This document shows positions 1 through 10,664 of a stretch of DNA of 64,000 nt, in pieces. The stretch lies in contig CBDEFM010000002.1 in NCBI GenBank assembly GCA_965237415.1, forward strand, positions 1,344,001 through 1,408,000, read 5' to 3'. The first letter of the stretch is position 1, and every line of letters begins with the position of its first letter. This DNA is from Alphaproteobacteria bacterium. Lineage in GTDB: Bacteria; Pseudomonadota; Alphaproteobacteria; UBA828. Under the pieces are notes generated by a model. The model was not told the origin of the DNA. It did no database searches and saw only the letters and a list, made by a program, of their open reading frames with translations. The position numbers and the translations under genes were made by a program.

Positions 1-869
1 GGCAGGAAGTACCATTCCGGCACGATGTGCGCCGGCGTCTGCAGCGGGTTCGCCTTCTCGTAGTTGATCACCTCGCCCAGCATGTTCGGCATGTAGAACG
101 TGAAGAGGAGAAGGATGAACATCATCACCCCTATCCCGAACGAGTCCTTCGCCGTGTAGTACGGGTGGAAGGGGATGGTGTCCTTCTCGCTCTTGATATC
201 GATGCCGAGCGGGTTGTTCGACTTGCGGTGATGCAGTGCCCAGAGGTGGATGAAGACCACGCCGAAGAGCACGAAGGGCAGCAGATAGTGCAGCGCGTAG
301 AAGCGGTTGAGCGTCGGGTGATCGACCGAGAAGCCGCCCCACAGCCAGGTGACGACCGTCTCGCCGATCCACGGGATCGCCGAGGTCATGTTGGTGATCA
401 CCGTCGCCGCCCAGAAGCTCATCTGCCCCCACGGCAGGACGTAGCCCATGAAAGCGCTCGCCATCATGAGCAGCAGGATGATGACGCCCATCCACCACAG
501 GATTTCGCGCGGCGACTTGTAGGAGCCGTAGTAGAGGCCGCGGAGGAGGTGGATGTAGACCACGGCGAAGAACATCGAGCCGCCGTTGGCGTGGAGATAG
601 CGCATGAGCCAGCCCCACTCGACGTCGCGCATGATGTGCTCGACGGAGTCGAAGGCGAGGTCGGCATGGGGGGTGTAGTGCATCGCCAGCACCACGCCGG
701 TCACGATCTGCAGCACCAGCAAGATCCCGGCGAGGGAGCCGAAGTTCCACCAGTAGTTCAGATTGCGCGGCGCCGGGTAATCGATGAGGTGCTTGTTGGT
801 CCAGCTGAAGACCGGCAGCCGGTACTCGATCCACTGGGCAACGCGGTTCTGCGGTACGGGTGTCGTCAT
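1..869 (-). CDS. petB: Cytochrome b of the bc1 complex (partial, runs off window start)
   Basis: Manual minus-strand translation from ATG at 869 gives [19 protein letters not shown]...[18 protein letters not shown]...[15 protein letters not shown]...PEWYFL; lies directly downstream of the Rieske gene. Confidence 0.97.
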   Translation of the reverse strand, partial: MTTPVPQNRVAQWIEYRLPVFSWTNKHLIDYPAPRNLNYWWNFGSLAGILLVLQIVTGVVLAMHYTPHADLAFDSVEHIMRDVEWGWLMRYLHANGGSMFFAVVYIHLLRGLYYGSYKSPREILWWMGVIILLLMMASAFMGYVLPWGQMSFWAATVITNMTSAIPWIGETVVTWLWGGFSVDHPTLNRFYALHYLLPFVLFGVVFIHLWALHHRKSNNPLGIDIKSEKDTIPFHPYYTAKDSFGIGVMMFILLLFTFYMPNMLGEVINYEKANPLQTPAHIVPEWYFL

Positions 870-882
870 CCGGCGCGGTCCC

Positions 883-1437
883 CTACCCGATCCGAACCAG
901 CGTGTCGTCGAGGAACTCGTAAGCAGGCACGGAGAGATTGGCCGGCGCCGGTCCCTTGCGGACGCGGCCAGAGGTGTCGTAGTGCGAGCCGTGGCAGGGG
1001 CAGAACCAGCCGCCGTAATCTCCCCTCGGATCGCCGAGCTTGGAGCCCAGCGGCACGCAGCCGAGGTGAGTGCACACCCCTTCGACGATCAGCCATTGCG
1101 CTTGCGGCGCCCGCTCGGCATCCGGCTGCGGATCGGACAGGTCGTCGAGCGCGACCGCCTGCGCTGCGGCGATCTCGTCCGCCGTGCGATAGCGTATGAA
1201 GACCGGCCGGCCGCGCCACTTGACCACGATGGTCTGGCCTTCCTCGATTGAGGAGAGATCGACTTCGGTGGACGACAGCGCCAGCACGTCGGCCGAGGGG
1301 TTCATGGTCTCGATCAGCGGCCAGGTGATGCCCACCACCGCCATGCCGCCCATCGCGCCCGCTGCCAGCACCAGGAAGTCGCGTCGCGTGCCCGCGTGCT
1401 CGGACGAGCTATCAGAGGGCGTCGCGGCGTCTGCCAT
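883..1437 (-). CDS. petA: Ubiquinol-cytochrome c reductase Rieske iron-sulfur subunit
   Basis: Tat motif TRRDFL; Rieske boxes CTHLGC and CPCHGS; likely start MADAAT at 1437. Confidence 0.97.
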   Translation of the reverse strand: MADAATPSDSSSEHAGTRRDFLVLAAGAMGGMAVVGITWPLIETMNPSADVLALSSTEVDLSSIEEGQTIVVKWRGRPVFIRYRTADEIAAAQAVALDDLSDPQPDAERAPQAQWLIVEGVCTHLGCVPLGSKLGDPRGDYGGWFCPCHGSHYDTSGRVRKGPAPANLSVPAYEFLDDTLVRIG

Positions 1438-1603
1438 GGTTGGACCCTTCGGATTGCCTGACGGAATTGCCGGCGAGAACCTAGAATCGAGCAACAGTCA
1501 CGACACGCTCGCGGCGGCTGCCGCGAGCGGCGACAGGGTTAGCACGGGCCGTGGGCAAGGGCAAGACGGTAAGAACACGGCCGCGGCGATCGTTGTCACA
1601 GCC

Positions 1604-3394
1604 TCAGGATAGGGCGGCCCGGGCCTCCTCGGTCGCCTCCCGATCGACCGCCAGCGTGTCGCTCTCGCGGGCGCCGGTGAGCACGACTCCGTAGATCTCG
1701 CGGGCGCGCTCGGGCGTCTCCCAGCCGCGCGCAACATCCATGCGCACCCGCTCGGGATCGCGCTCCATCGGCTCGCCATACCCGCCGCCGCCGGCGTCGA
1801 AACCGCGGATCAGCTCGCCCGGCAGGAGGTCGAGCTGCACGACGTTGGGCAGCTTTGTCTCGTCGCCGTTGGCGCCGACCTTGAACTGCACGGCCGGCGT
1901 GCCGTCGTGGCCGCCCTGGGCGCCCCGCGCCGGGTTGATCTGGCAGTCCGACGGGATGACCAGCGTCATCGGGTCCTCGCGCGGCCCGTAGACGACCTCG
2001 CAGGCAGGGCCGCCGCGATGGCGCCCTGCGCCGCCGGTGCCGGGCATGAGGCGCACGGTCTTGAACAGCATCGGGTGCTTCACCTCGGCGAGCTCGATGC
2101 TGTCCCGATACATGAGGCCCGAGACCACAGGCAGCACGTAGGTGACCCAGCCGTCCGCCTTGGGCCCTGCCGGGCCGCCGTTCACCACCATCATGAGCTG
2201 GTTGATGTAGGGATCGCCGCCGCGCCGGAAATCCTTGCCGCTCAGCACCGCGGTGGCGGCGCACATGGCGCTGCCCCCCTCCGCGAGGCCGAAGCCGTCG
2301 CCGAGCTTGGCCATCGCCGAATGGGTGATGTTGACCAGACGGTCGGCGACATTGGTGGTGGCCATCGAGGTCGAATGGGGGAAGGACGGGCGGCCGACGA
2401 CGCAGCCGTCACGCAGCAGCACGTCCACGCGCCGGAACGACCCGCCGTTGTGCGGAATCTCCGGCCCCAGACAGTTGAAGAGGCCGGCCACGACATTGTT
2501 GATCGCGCAGGCCTCCGATTGGTTGAGGCCGCAGTCGACGCAGTCGATATTGTCGCGCAGGTCGATGGTGATCCGGCCCGCGTCGGGGTCAATGCGGACC
2601 TCGACCTTGATGGGGATTCCATCCGGCAGGAACGGCTCGAACGGATCGTGCGCACCCTCGGCCTCGACCTCGGCCTCGGGCAACGCCTGGATCGCCTGCA
2701 CCATGCGGCGCTCCGAATAGTCGAACCACTCGTGGATGAAGGTCTTGATGGTGTCCTTGCCGTACTTGGCGCAGAGCTCCTTCAGGCGCCGCTCGGCGAT
2801 GCGCGCCGCGCCGAGCTCGGCCAGGAAGTCGCCGTACCACTGCTCCGGCACGCGAATCCTGCGCCGGCACATGCGGATCACGTCGTCCACCATCTCGTAG
2901 CCCCGCTGCACGCGGACGCAGGGGAAGATCAGCGAGCCCTCCTCGTACACGTCCTTCGCCGCGGCGTGATAGGTGGTCGGGATGCTGTTGCCGATGTCCG
3001 CCTGATGGCCCTTGGCGCAGGCGGTGAAGAAGTGCTCGCCGTCGATGAAGACCGGCACCAGCACCGCGTGATCGGCCGGGTGGGTATTGCCGAGATAGGG
3101 GTCGTTGTGGAGGAACGCATCCCCTACGGCGAGATCGTCGTGCAGCTCGGTCATGGCCCGCGTCTGCAGGTGCGAGCCGAAAATATGGACCGGCAAACCC
3201 TCCGCCGTCGCCAAGAGCTGGTTGTCGGCAGTGCAGATCGCGCACGAGAAATCCCGCGCCACGGCGATCACGGCCGAGCGCGCTGCCTTGAGCAGCGTGT
3301 TCGACATCTCGCGCACAATGCCGTCGAGCCGGTTGGAGAGCACCGAGAGAAGGACCGGGTCCAGCGCCTCGGGCGTTTGCGCAGGCTGTGTCAT
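1604..3394 (-). CDS. Hydantoinase B/oxoprolinase family protein
   Basis: DPVLLSVL..RL, RDFSCA, NDPYLGNTHPAD, H.ADIG and GGGGYG motifs. Confidence 0.93.
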   Translation of the reverse strand: MTQPAQTPEALDPVLLSVLSNRLDGIVREMSNTLLKAARSAVIAVARDFSCAICTADNQLLATAEGLPVHIFGSHLQTRAMTELHDDLAVGDAFLHNDPYLGNTHPADHAVLVPVFIDGEHFFTACAKGHQADIGNSIPTTYHAAAKDVYEEGSLIFPCVRVQRGYEMVDDVIRMCRRRIRVPEQWYGDFLAELGAARIAERRLKELCAKYGKDTIKTFIHEWFDYSERRMVQAIQALPEAEVEAEGAHDPFEPFLPDGIPIKVEVRIDPDAGRITIDLRDNIDCVDCGLNQSEACAINNVVAGLFNCLGPEIPHNGGSFRRVDVLLRDGCVVGRPSFPHSTSMATTNVADRLVNITHSAMAKLGDGFGLAEGGSAMCAATAVLSGKDFRRGGDPYINQLMMVVNGGPAGPKADGWVTYVLPVVSGLMYRDSIELAEVKHPMLFKTVRLMPGTGGAGRHRGGPACEVVYGPREDPMTLVIPSDCQINPARGAQGGHDGTPAVQFKVGANGDETKLPNVVQLDLLPGELIRGFDAGGGGYGEPMERDPERVRMDVARGWETPERAREIYGVVLTGARESDTLAVDREATEEARAALS

Positions 3395-3395
3395 C

Positions 3396-5468
3396 TCAGA
3401 AGGCCTCCAGGATGAAGTTGCCGCCGGCGCTCAGCCGGGTTCGCGTGCCGGGGTCGACCACGATCGTGGTGGTCGGCTCCTCGACGATGGCGGGCCCCTC
3501 GATCACGGCGCCGGGGCTCAGGTTGCGGCCGAGGTAGATCGGGGTCTCGATTCGCGAACCGCCACCGAAATAGGCGGGCCGGCGGCTGTCCGGCTCCGGC
3601 ACCCCCGCGGCGGCCTCGCTCGTGGGCGGCCGGGGCGCCTCGTCGAGGCCGACGGAGAGCCGCCCCTTCCAGTTCAGGCATTCGAGGATGCTGTCCGGAT
3701 CGCGCACGGCGAAGACCTGCTCGTGGGTGGCATGAAAGCGCTCGACCAGGGCGGCGACGTCATGCTCGTTCTCGAAGCGCTCCATTGGCAGCGCCACATC
3801 GAGCTCCCACACCTGGAACAGATATCGCGCCTCGACGAAGCGCTCGATGCGCGTGGTCCCGAGCCCGCGCTCGCCGAGGGTCGCGGCGAAGCGCTCCAGC
3901 TCGGCGTCGATGGCCGCGAGCACGGCGTTCACCCCCTCGAAATCGAAGCCGACGGAGCGCGTGACCATGCTGGCCGAATGCTCGTGAACCACGTCCGAGA
4001 CCTGCATCCCGCAGGCGCTGAGCACCGCGGCGGTGCGCGGCAAAATCACCCGCTCGCAGCCGAGCTCGCCGGCAATCGCCATGGCGCCGAGGCCGGCCGC
4101 GCCGCCGCCCGCGACGAGTGTGCATTCGCGGGGATTGAAGCCTTCGGTGACGGTGATGTCCTGAATCGCCTTGATCATCAGCTCGTTGGCGAGGCTCATG
4201 ATGGCATGCGCGCCGTCGTCGAGGGATTTGCCGAGTTGGTCGGCGAGCGTGCCCACCGCGCGTCTGGCCGCCTCCGTGTCGAGGGCGAGACGCCCGCCGA
4301 GGAAGTAGTCGGGGTCGAGATAGCCTAAGAGCAGCGCCGCATCGGTCACCGTGGGCTCGGTGCCGCCCGTGCCGTAGCAGGCGGGCCCCGGCACGGCGCC
4401 GGCGCTGCGCGGGCCCACCCTGAGCAGGCCGCCCGGATCGATCCAGGCGATCGAACCGCCGCCGGCGCCGATGCTGCGCACGTCCACGGAGGAGATCGAC
4501 AGGATATGGCCGATCCACTGGCCGCCGATCCAGGTCTCGCGGGTTTGCTTCACCGCGCCGTCCCGCACCAGGCTCACGTCGAAGGTGGTGCCGCCCGCAT
4601 CGCAGACGATCACGTCGTCGCCGAAGCCCTCCATCTGCGAATAGGTCAGCGCCGCGACCGGCGCCATGGCCGGGCCGGACTTGACCGTGTGGATGGGCCG
4701 CGCGATCAGCTCGTCGACGTGCATGCAGCCGCCGACCGAGGTGCTCACCAGAATCTCGCCCTTGCATCCGGCTTCGCGGAGATCGTCCTCCATGCCGCGC
4801 AGATGCGCCTGCATCAGCGGCTTGAGCGAGGCGTCGATGGCGGTGGCGGATGCGCGCCGGTATTCGCGCACAATGGGGATCAGCCGGTGCGAGAGGGTGT
4901 AGGGGACGCCCGGCAGAACCTCCTCGATCAGCGCGGCAAGCGCCTGCTCGTGCGCGGGGTTGGCGACCGCCCACAATAGGCAGACTGCGACCGCCTCGAA
5001 ACCGCGCTCGCCCACGAGTTCCAAGACCGCGCGCGCCTGCTCGCGATCCAGCGGCGTCACCACGCCGCCCTCGGCATCGATCCGCTCGTCGATCTCGAAG
5101 GTGTGAGCCTGCGGGATGTAGGGGTCCGGGTAATCGGTCTCGAAGTCGTGGACCCCGTGCTTGCCGCCCTCCTTCAGCACCAGGATGTCGGGGAAGCCGG
5201 CGGTGACCAGGAACGCGGTCTTGGCGACCGCGCCCTGGACGATCGCGTTGGTGGCGCGCGTGGTCCCGTAGATGAGCAGATCGGTCTCGCCGAGCAGCTC
5301 GGGCAGGCTCAGGCCCAGCTGCTCGGCCGCGTTCTCCAGCGCGCCCCGCATGCCGACGAAGATGCGATCAGGCGTGGTCGGCGCCTTGCCGACCACCTCC
5401 CGCCCGTCTCCGCCGGCCACCACATCGGTAAAGGTGCCGCCGGTATCGACGGAGATGCGAAGCCCCAC
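3396..5468 (-). CDS. Hydantoinase A/oxoprolinase family protein
   Basis: VDTGGTFTD, GTTRATNA, SGPA, DAGGTTFD, SIGAGGGS and GPACYG motifs; adjacent to the B subunit. Confidence 0.94.
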   Translation of the reverse strand: MGLRISVDTGGTFTDVVAGGDGREVVGKAPTTPDRIFVGMRGALENAAEQLGLSLPELLGETDLLIYGTTRATNAIVQGAVAKTAFLVTAGFPDILVLKEGGKHGVHDFETDYPDPYIPQAHTFEIDERIDAEGGVVTPLDREQARAVLELVGERGFEAVAVCLLWAVANPAHEQALAALIEEVLPGVPYTLSHRLIPIVREYRRASATAIDASLKPLMQAHLRGMEDDLREAGCKGEILVSTSVGGCMHVDELIARPIHTVKSGPAMAPVAALTYSQMEGFGDDVIVCDAGGTTFDVSLVRDGAVKQTRETWIGGQWIGHILSISSVDVRSIGAGGGSIAWIDPGGLLRVGPRSAGAVPGPACYGTGGTEPTVTDAALLLGYLDPDYFLGGRLALDTEAARRAVGTLADQLGKSLDDGAHAIMSLANELMIKAIQDITVTEGFNPRECTLVAGGGAAGLGAMAIAGELGCERVILPRTAAVLSACGMQVSDVVHEHSASMVTRSVGFDFEGVNAVLAAIDAELERFAATLGERGLGTTRIERFVEARYLFQVWELDVALPMERFENEHDVAALVERFHATHEQVFAVRDPDSILECLNWKGRLSVGLDEAPRPPTSEAAAGVPEPDSRRPAYFGGGSRIETPIYLGRNLSPGAVIEGPAIVEEPTTTIVVDPGTRTRLSAGGNFILEAF

Positions 5469-5493
5469 GGAGGGGCGCCCTGGCGGCGGGAAC

Positions 5494-6891
5494 TCAGCCC
5501 TTGCCGAAGACGCTCTCTACCGCCTCGCCGTAGATGCCGACGGTCTCGTCGACATTTGCCCGCGTGAAGGTGAGCGGCGGCGAGAAGGCGTTGACCGGCA
5601 GGAAGGGCAGCCCGCGCGTGAGCAATCCGCGCTCCTGCGCCGCGGCCGAGACGCGCCGATGCGCCGGCGGAGTCATGTCGGGCGCCGCCTTGCTCCCGGG
5701 CTCAGCGACATACTCGACGCCGAGAATGAGGCCCACGCCGCGGATATCGCCGACATTGGGGTGATCGCCCACCCGCTCCTCCAGGCACCGCTTGAAGTAG
5801 GGGCCGACCTCGGCCGCGTTGGCGACCAGGTTCTCGGACTCCATGATCTCCAGGTTGGCGAGACCGACGGCGGCGCCCACCGGGTGGCCCGAGTAGGTGA
5901 AGCCGTGGGCGAACATGCCGACCTCGGGCGTGCCGTCCGCCAGCACCTGCCAGACCTCGTCGGAGATCGCGACCGCCGACATCGGGAAGTAGGCGCTGGT
6001 GAGCCCCTTGGCGAAGGTCATCATGTCGGGCTTGAGCCCGAAGTAGCTCGCGCCGAACCAGGTGCCGAGGCGCCCGAAGCCGCAGATCACCTCGTCCGCG
6101 ATGAAGAGGATGTCGTGCTTCTTGAGGATCGCCTGCACCTTGTCGTAGTAGCCGCCGCCCGGGATGATCACGCCGCCGGTGCCCATCACCGGCTCGGCGA
6201 TGAAGGCCGCAATCGTCTCCGGCCCTTCCCGCTCGATCATCGCCTCGAGCGATGCGGCCATGCGGTCGGCGAACGCCTCCTCGCTCTCGCCCTCATGGCC
6301 TTCGCGCCAGTAGTGCGGGAAGTCGGTGTGCAGCACGCCCTCGATGGGCAGGTCGAAGGCCTTGTGGTAGAGCGGAATGCCCGTGAGGCTGCCAGCCGCG
6401 GCGGTGACGCCGTGATAGGCGCCGAGGCGCGAGATGATCTTCTTCTTCTCGGGCCGGCCGAGCAGGTTGTTGTAGTAGCGGACCAGCTTGAACTGCGTGT
6501 CGTTCCCGTCCGAGCCTGAGAGCCCGAAGAACACCTTGCCGATATGGTGGCAGTCCGCATGCTCATGGAGCAGCGAGAGCAGCCTCTCGGCCAGCCTGAT
6601 CTGGGGCTCGTTGGAGGCGGCGCCGAAGGTATGGAAGAAGCCGATGCGCGACATTTCCTCGGCCGCGACCTCGGCAAGCTTGGTCCGCCCGTAGCCGATA
6701 TTGACGCACCAGAGCGCCGCCGCGGCATCGATATAACCCTTGCCCTGGAGGTCGTAGACCTTCACCCCGCCGCTCCTGCCATAGATGACGGGGCCTGCGG
6801 TCTGATGCTCGGCAATCGAGGTGACCGGGTGCAACAGGACCTGCCTGTCGAGTTCCTCCAGCGAGATGTTCTGGGCCTGATCGAGCGACAT
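5494..6891 (-). CDS. Class III (omega-amine) aminotransferase
   Basis: [34 protein letters not shown] and PLP lysine in FAKGLTS. Confidence 0.93.
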   Translation of the reverse strand: MSLDQAQNISLEELDRQVLLHPVTSIAEHQTAGPVIYGRSGGVKVYDLQGKGYIDAAAALWCVNIGYGRTKLAEVAAEEMSRIGFFHTFGAASNEPQIRLAERLLSLLHEHADCHHIGKVFFGLSGSDGNDTQFKLVRYYNNLLGRPEKKKIISRLGAYHGVTAAAGSLTGIPLYHKAFDLPIEGVLHTDFPHYWREGHEGESEEAFADRMAASLEAMIEREGPETIAAFIAEPVMGTGGVIIPGGGYYDKVQAILKKHDILFIADEVICGFGRLGTWFGASYFGLKPDMMTFAKGLTSAYFPMSAVAISDEVWQVLADGTPEVGMFAHGFTYSGHPVGAAVGLANLEIMESENLVANAAEVGPYFKRCLEERVGDHPNVGDIRGVGLILGVEYVAEPGSKAAPDMTPPAHRRVSAAAQERGLLTRGLPFLPVNAFSPPLTFTRANVDETVGIYGEAVESVFGKG

Positions 6892-7084
6892 GCTGCGTCT
6901 CCATGTTGAGGGTTGGCAAGCCGCCGCAATGGTCGGACCGCACGGCAGCGGGGCTGCGCCAGCCTAAGCCAGGCCGCCCTGCGCAGCAACGGTGCGCGAG
7001 GCCCGGCGGCTATCGAGCGTTTCGGCCCAGGATGAGCCCCCTGGCCCTCCCTTTGTTAATCGCCTGACCCTAGCCAATCGCCGT

Positions 7085-7672
7085 TTACTCAGGGAGATCC
7101 AGGCGAACGAGCCTCCACTTGTAGGTGGGATTGTTCCCCCAAGTATAATCTCCTCCAATCCAAACCCCAAGTTCTGGATCATAAAATCCCCAGCCCTTGG
7201 CACGATGGCCGACTCCCTTTTCTGTGAATGCAATTTTGAATAACTGCCGCGTGCCAAGAATAGTCTTCACCCTCTTGAACGCAACAACTTCGTAGGTTGC
7301 ATTCAAGTTCCAGTCTCGTTCAGAATAGTTGACAGTTGTCTTATTGCTCACCTTAAGCGGGAAGATCTTGTCCACTGTCGCCGTATCGTAGGACCTCTTC
7401 TTTCCCTCAGAACTTATGCTTTCTGCTATGCCTTTATATATGTGCCACGTGGCGCTCTTAAGTTGAGAGGAGCGGGCACCCCTGACGTGGACTTTGCCGC
7501 CATCGACTGCGACGACCTCCCAGGATGCGCCGAAGTTGTAAGTGGCCTTGGTGCCGACCGGGGGCGCATTCCACGTTCCGTCCGGTTCGTCCTCGGCGAC
7601 AGCATTCGCGAACGGCGCCCCCAACATGACGAGCGCACACAACACGATCTTTCCGAATCTAATCAGTCGCAT
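7085..7672 (-). CDS. Hypothetical secreted protein (beta-rich, lower GC)
   Basis: Signal-peptide-like MRLIRFGKIVLCALVMLGAPFANAVA; G-rich RBS upstream of ATG at 7672; AT-richer codon usage. Confidence 0.7.
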   Translation of the reverse strand: MRLIRFGKIVLCALVMLGAPFANAVAEDEPDGTWNAPPVGTKATYNFGASWEVVAVDGGKVHVRGARSSQLKSATWHIYKGIAESISSEGKKRSYDTATVDKIFPLKVSNKTTVNYSERDWNLNATYEVVAFKRVKTILGTRQLFKIAFTEKGVGHRAKGWGFYDPELGVWIGGDYTWGNNPTYKWRLVRLDLPE

Positions 7673-7892
7673 GGTTGCTCCCCCTCCCCATTTTGGCGTC
7701 TGCTTCGCGAGTTTCCCTGACGGTCGGGGAAACTCGAAAGCGCGGCGCCTCCGTTGTCGTCGCCACAACATCGTCATCGGAACGCGATGCGGCGACGCGA
7801 TTCATGGTGTTTCCCATTATGGTGTCTCTCTCGACGCTCTCAATCCCGCCGTCGCCGGAGCAACCGCCGACCCGTGCGGCGTGGATGTCAGT

Positions 7893-8025
7893 CTAGTCAT
7901 CTGGCACTGAAGTTGAGATCATTATAGATTAGCAGTGCTGCCACACTAAGTCGCTCTATTGTCGAAGAATTTAGTCGTTCAACATAGTTAGCTTTATGTG
8001 GCGAACTTCAGATTCAGGTGACTAG
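7893..8025. mobile_element. MITE (~125 bp) flanked by CTAG duplication
   Basis: CTAG-TCATCTGGCACTGAAGTT ... AACTTCAGATTCAGGTGA-CTAG: imperfect 18-bp terminal inverted repeats (14/18), AT-rich interior. Confidence 0.75.
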
Positions 8026-8737
8026 GTTCTTGATCGGCCTGCCCTCGGTCCAATCGAAGGTCCCGCTATCGCGTTCCCGCACGGCCTGTTTCCAGCCGAC
8101 CTCTTCTGGCCCTCTTCTTGAAATTCAGGCCCTCCGGCCAATGGCGCGTGATGCCGTCGAAGATCGTGGCGAGCCGCTGGGTGTTCATAAGCCCGGTGGC
8201 CTCGATCGCCTGATTGATGACCAGCTTTTGCATGGCCAGCTGGTTGATCGGCACGCTCGCCATGCGCCGGGCGAGGACTTCCACCTCGTCATCCAGCGCG
8301 GCGGCGGGAACGGCCTTCAGCACGAGGCCCATGTCGGCGGCCTCCCTGCCGGTGATCTTGTCGCCGGTGAAGAGCATACGCTTCGCCCTTTCCGGCCCCA
8401 GACGGTAGACCCACATGGCGGTCGTCGGGCAGCCCCAGACCCGCGCCGGCATGTAGCCGATCTCGGTGTCCTCGGCCATGAGAGGCAGGTCGGCGCAAAG
8501 CGCGATGTCGGAGCCGCCGGCGAGCGCGAGGCCATGCACCTTGCAGATCACGGGCTTCAGCGCCCGCCAGAGCGCCATGAAGTGCTGGGTGTTCGCCCAC
8601 ATGAAGGCGTAGTCCTGGATCGGGTCCCAGGGCATCTCCTGGCCCACGTACTCGCCATCGCTTCCGCCGGTGTCTCCGCTCGCGTAGTGCGTGAGGTCGT
8701 AGCCGGCACAGAAGGCCCGCCCGGCGCCCGAGAGCAC
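8014..8737 (-). pseudogene. Enoyl-CoA hydratase/crotonase family pseudogene
   Basis: Begins abruptly at LSGAGRAFCAGYDL (N-terminus missing); KPVICKVHGLALAGG motif; extra base after NFKKRA shifts off the tail EEVGWKQAVRERDSG... Confidence 0.8.
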
Positions 8738-8892
8738 CCGCTTCCTGTCGCTAAAGGAGGTCGCTTGCCTGCATCGGATCGCCCTATCCCAGGACGGCTC
8801 TCGGCAGGCAGCGTCTTGGAATACCGCCTTGCCGGCCCTCCCGGCGGTCTCTACTGTGCCACTCGATTTGACGATCTCGGGACGCGTGGACA

Positions 8893-9696
8893 GTGGTCGG
8901 CATAGAACAAGCCTTCAATGATACGGAAAGAGCCGCCGAAGCGGCGCGGAAGTCTGCGGCAAGCGTAGTGTCGCAGGCGAGGGCGTTAGCGAAAGCCGCG
9001 CAAACCGGCAACATTGCGGTGATCAAGCGCTGCCAGGAGAACCTGAAGGACGCGGTGACGGCGCTCCGGCAAGAGGTTGCAAACGTCGGCTCGTGCTGGC
9101 CGTTCACGGACGAGGAAGAACTGCAACTCTTCCAGGAACGCTACGCCGACGCACTCAAGGCCACCGCAGCGGAAAAGGGCTTGAAAATGCACGAACAAGA
9201 CGGGCTCTTGATGTCCTACCCGTCTATCGTGCGTATACTTGTAGCAGAGCGTGCTGTGAGAGTTGATCGCAAAAGGATACCCACGGTAAGGCCATCGTAT
9301 CTTGTCGGCCTTCTCCTCCAAAATCAGAAAAAATCCAGCAGTTTTTCGTCGGAGCGCTTTCTCGAGTCCTTGTATAAGGTCTACAGAGATATCTTGAGCG
9401 GAGCATCCGAAGAGCTGCCGCTGGCCGAAGGCGGGCGTGTCGTACCCTTGATCAGGATCTACAATCTGATGACGGCGTTGCCGGGTGCCGCCCGTGAGTA
9501 CGACCGAAGCGACTTCGCGCGGGATCTGTACATCCTCGAATCCCAGGGGCCTCGCCGGACCAAGAGCGGCGCTGCGGTCTCTTTTCCGTCATCGACCGGA
9601 ACCCGGCGGCGTTCGAGCGACCTTTTCTCCTTCATCGGACCTAATGGCAATAACGCCGAATATTACGGGATCCGATTCAGCGAGAGTGGCGCATGA
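8893..9696 (+). CDS. Hypothetical protein, gene 1 of ATPase/SNF2 operon (N-terminal coiled coil)
   Basis: 267-aa ORF; helical N-terminus (AAEAARKSAASVVSQARALAKAAQ); stop overlaps next start (ATGA). Confidence 0.8.
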   Translation: MVGIEQAFNDTERAAEAARKSAASVVSQARALAKAAQTGNIAVIKRCQENLKDAVTALRQEVANVGSCWPFTDEEELQLFQERYADALKATAAEKGLKMHEQDGLLMSYPSIVRILVAERAVRVDRKRIPTVRPSYLVGLLLQNQKKSSSFSSERFLESLYKVYRDILSGASEELPLAEGGRVVPLIRIYNLMTALPGAAREYDRSDFARDLYILESQGPRRTKSGAAVSFPSSTGTRRRSSDLFSFIGPNGNNAEYYGIRFSESGA

Positions 9697-10652
9697 CCAA
9701 CACAATCGCCATCGACGAGTGGCTCGACGTCGTCGACCGCGAGTATCTGTCGACGTTCATCAAGGATGGTGGCGCCGCCGTCAAGTTCGCGGTCGCTGGC
9801 GAGGAAAGACGGTCGATACTCCGTGAGGCGATGAAGCCCCGTTGCGAAGAGCTCGACTATCTGTTCGTGGCGCTGGATGCGATCACGTGTCGGGTTCACA
9901 TGCCTCAGGACATCTTCTTCGCACTGGCATCGCAACTCGATTGGCGTCTCCTGGCTCGTCGACTGATTCTGGGTCTGTTGGCGGATAAAGACTACCGTGT
10001 CGAGGGAATCGACCCGGGGGATGCCGTCAACATTATCGGTGCCGTCGCGCGCACCAACGATCTGGATTCTCAGTTCGTCCTTTCAGAGTTGCGCTTGATG
10101 CTGCAAGACGAAGTCTTCAAGAATCCGAACATGGCACGCGCCTTTCGCGTCGCAATGACTCATCTCTGCCGGATGGAAAGGGAGACGCCGACGCGGGGGG
10201 ATTATGCCGGACAGCCGCTGCTCGATTGGCTCACCGGAACCAACACGCGTATCGGCAACGTTCGTCCCTTCCAGGTCCATACCCCCATTAATCGCTCGAC
10301 AGCTCGCTACTTCATCGAGTCGACGCTCTACTGGGTACGCCGTGCAGGGTATTCGGGCACGGTGATTCTACTCGACAATGCCCGCGTCACCGTGCCGCGC
10401 AACCCGCGCGATGGGCAGCGCTACTACACCCGGGCCATGACGATGGATCACTACGAGGTGCTTCGGGAGTTCATCGACGATGTGGATCGGTTGTCGGGAT
10501 CGCTGATGATAGTGGTTACGGATGAGACGTTCGTCGACGAACATTCCGCGAGGGGTTGGGGCATATATGCCGCCCTGCGCACCAGGGTGATGGACGACGT
10601 CCGCGACAGGAATATCGTCAACCCGGTCGCCGCCCTGGTGCGGCTCTCGTAG
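9693..10652 (+). CDS. DUF2791/BrxD-like P-loop protein with degenerate Walker motifs
   Basis: YLSTFIKDGGAAVKFAV resembles the DUF2791 N-terminus, but GxxGxGK is absent (AGEERRS); Walker B reads VILLDN; YEVLREFIDD..RL segment typical of the family (from recall). Confidence 0.7.
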   Translation: MTNTIAIDEWLDVVDREYLSTFIKDGGAAVKFAVAGEERRSILREAMKPRCEELDYLFVALDAITCRVHMPQDIFFALASQLDWRLLARRLILGLLADKDYRVEGIDPGDAVNIIGAVARTNDLDSQFVLSELRLMLQDEVFKNPNMARAFRVAMTHLCRMERETPTRGDYAGQPLLDWLTGTNTRIGNVRPFQVHTPINRSTARYFIESTLYWVRRAGYSGTVILLDNARVTVPRNPRDGQRYYTRAMTMDHYEVLREFIDDVDRLSGSLMIVVTDETFVDEHSARGWGIYAALRTRVMDDVRDRNIVNPVAALVRLS

Positions 10653-10664
10653 AAGGCATTGTGC

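Noticed and set aside
27-1199. 390-aa plus-strand ORF, and many similar long ORFs (e.g. 22824-25385, 36852-39512, 41363-44806 upstream part)
   Set aside because: Antisense or alternative-frame shadows of clear genes, expected in high-GC DNA with few stop codons
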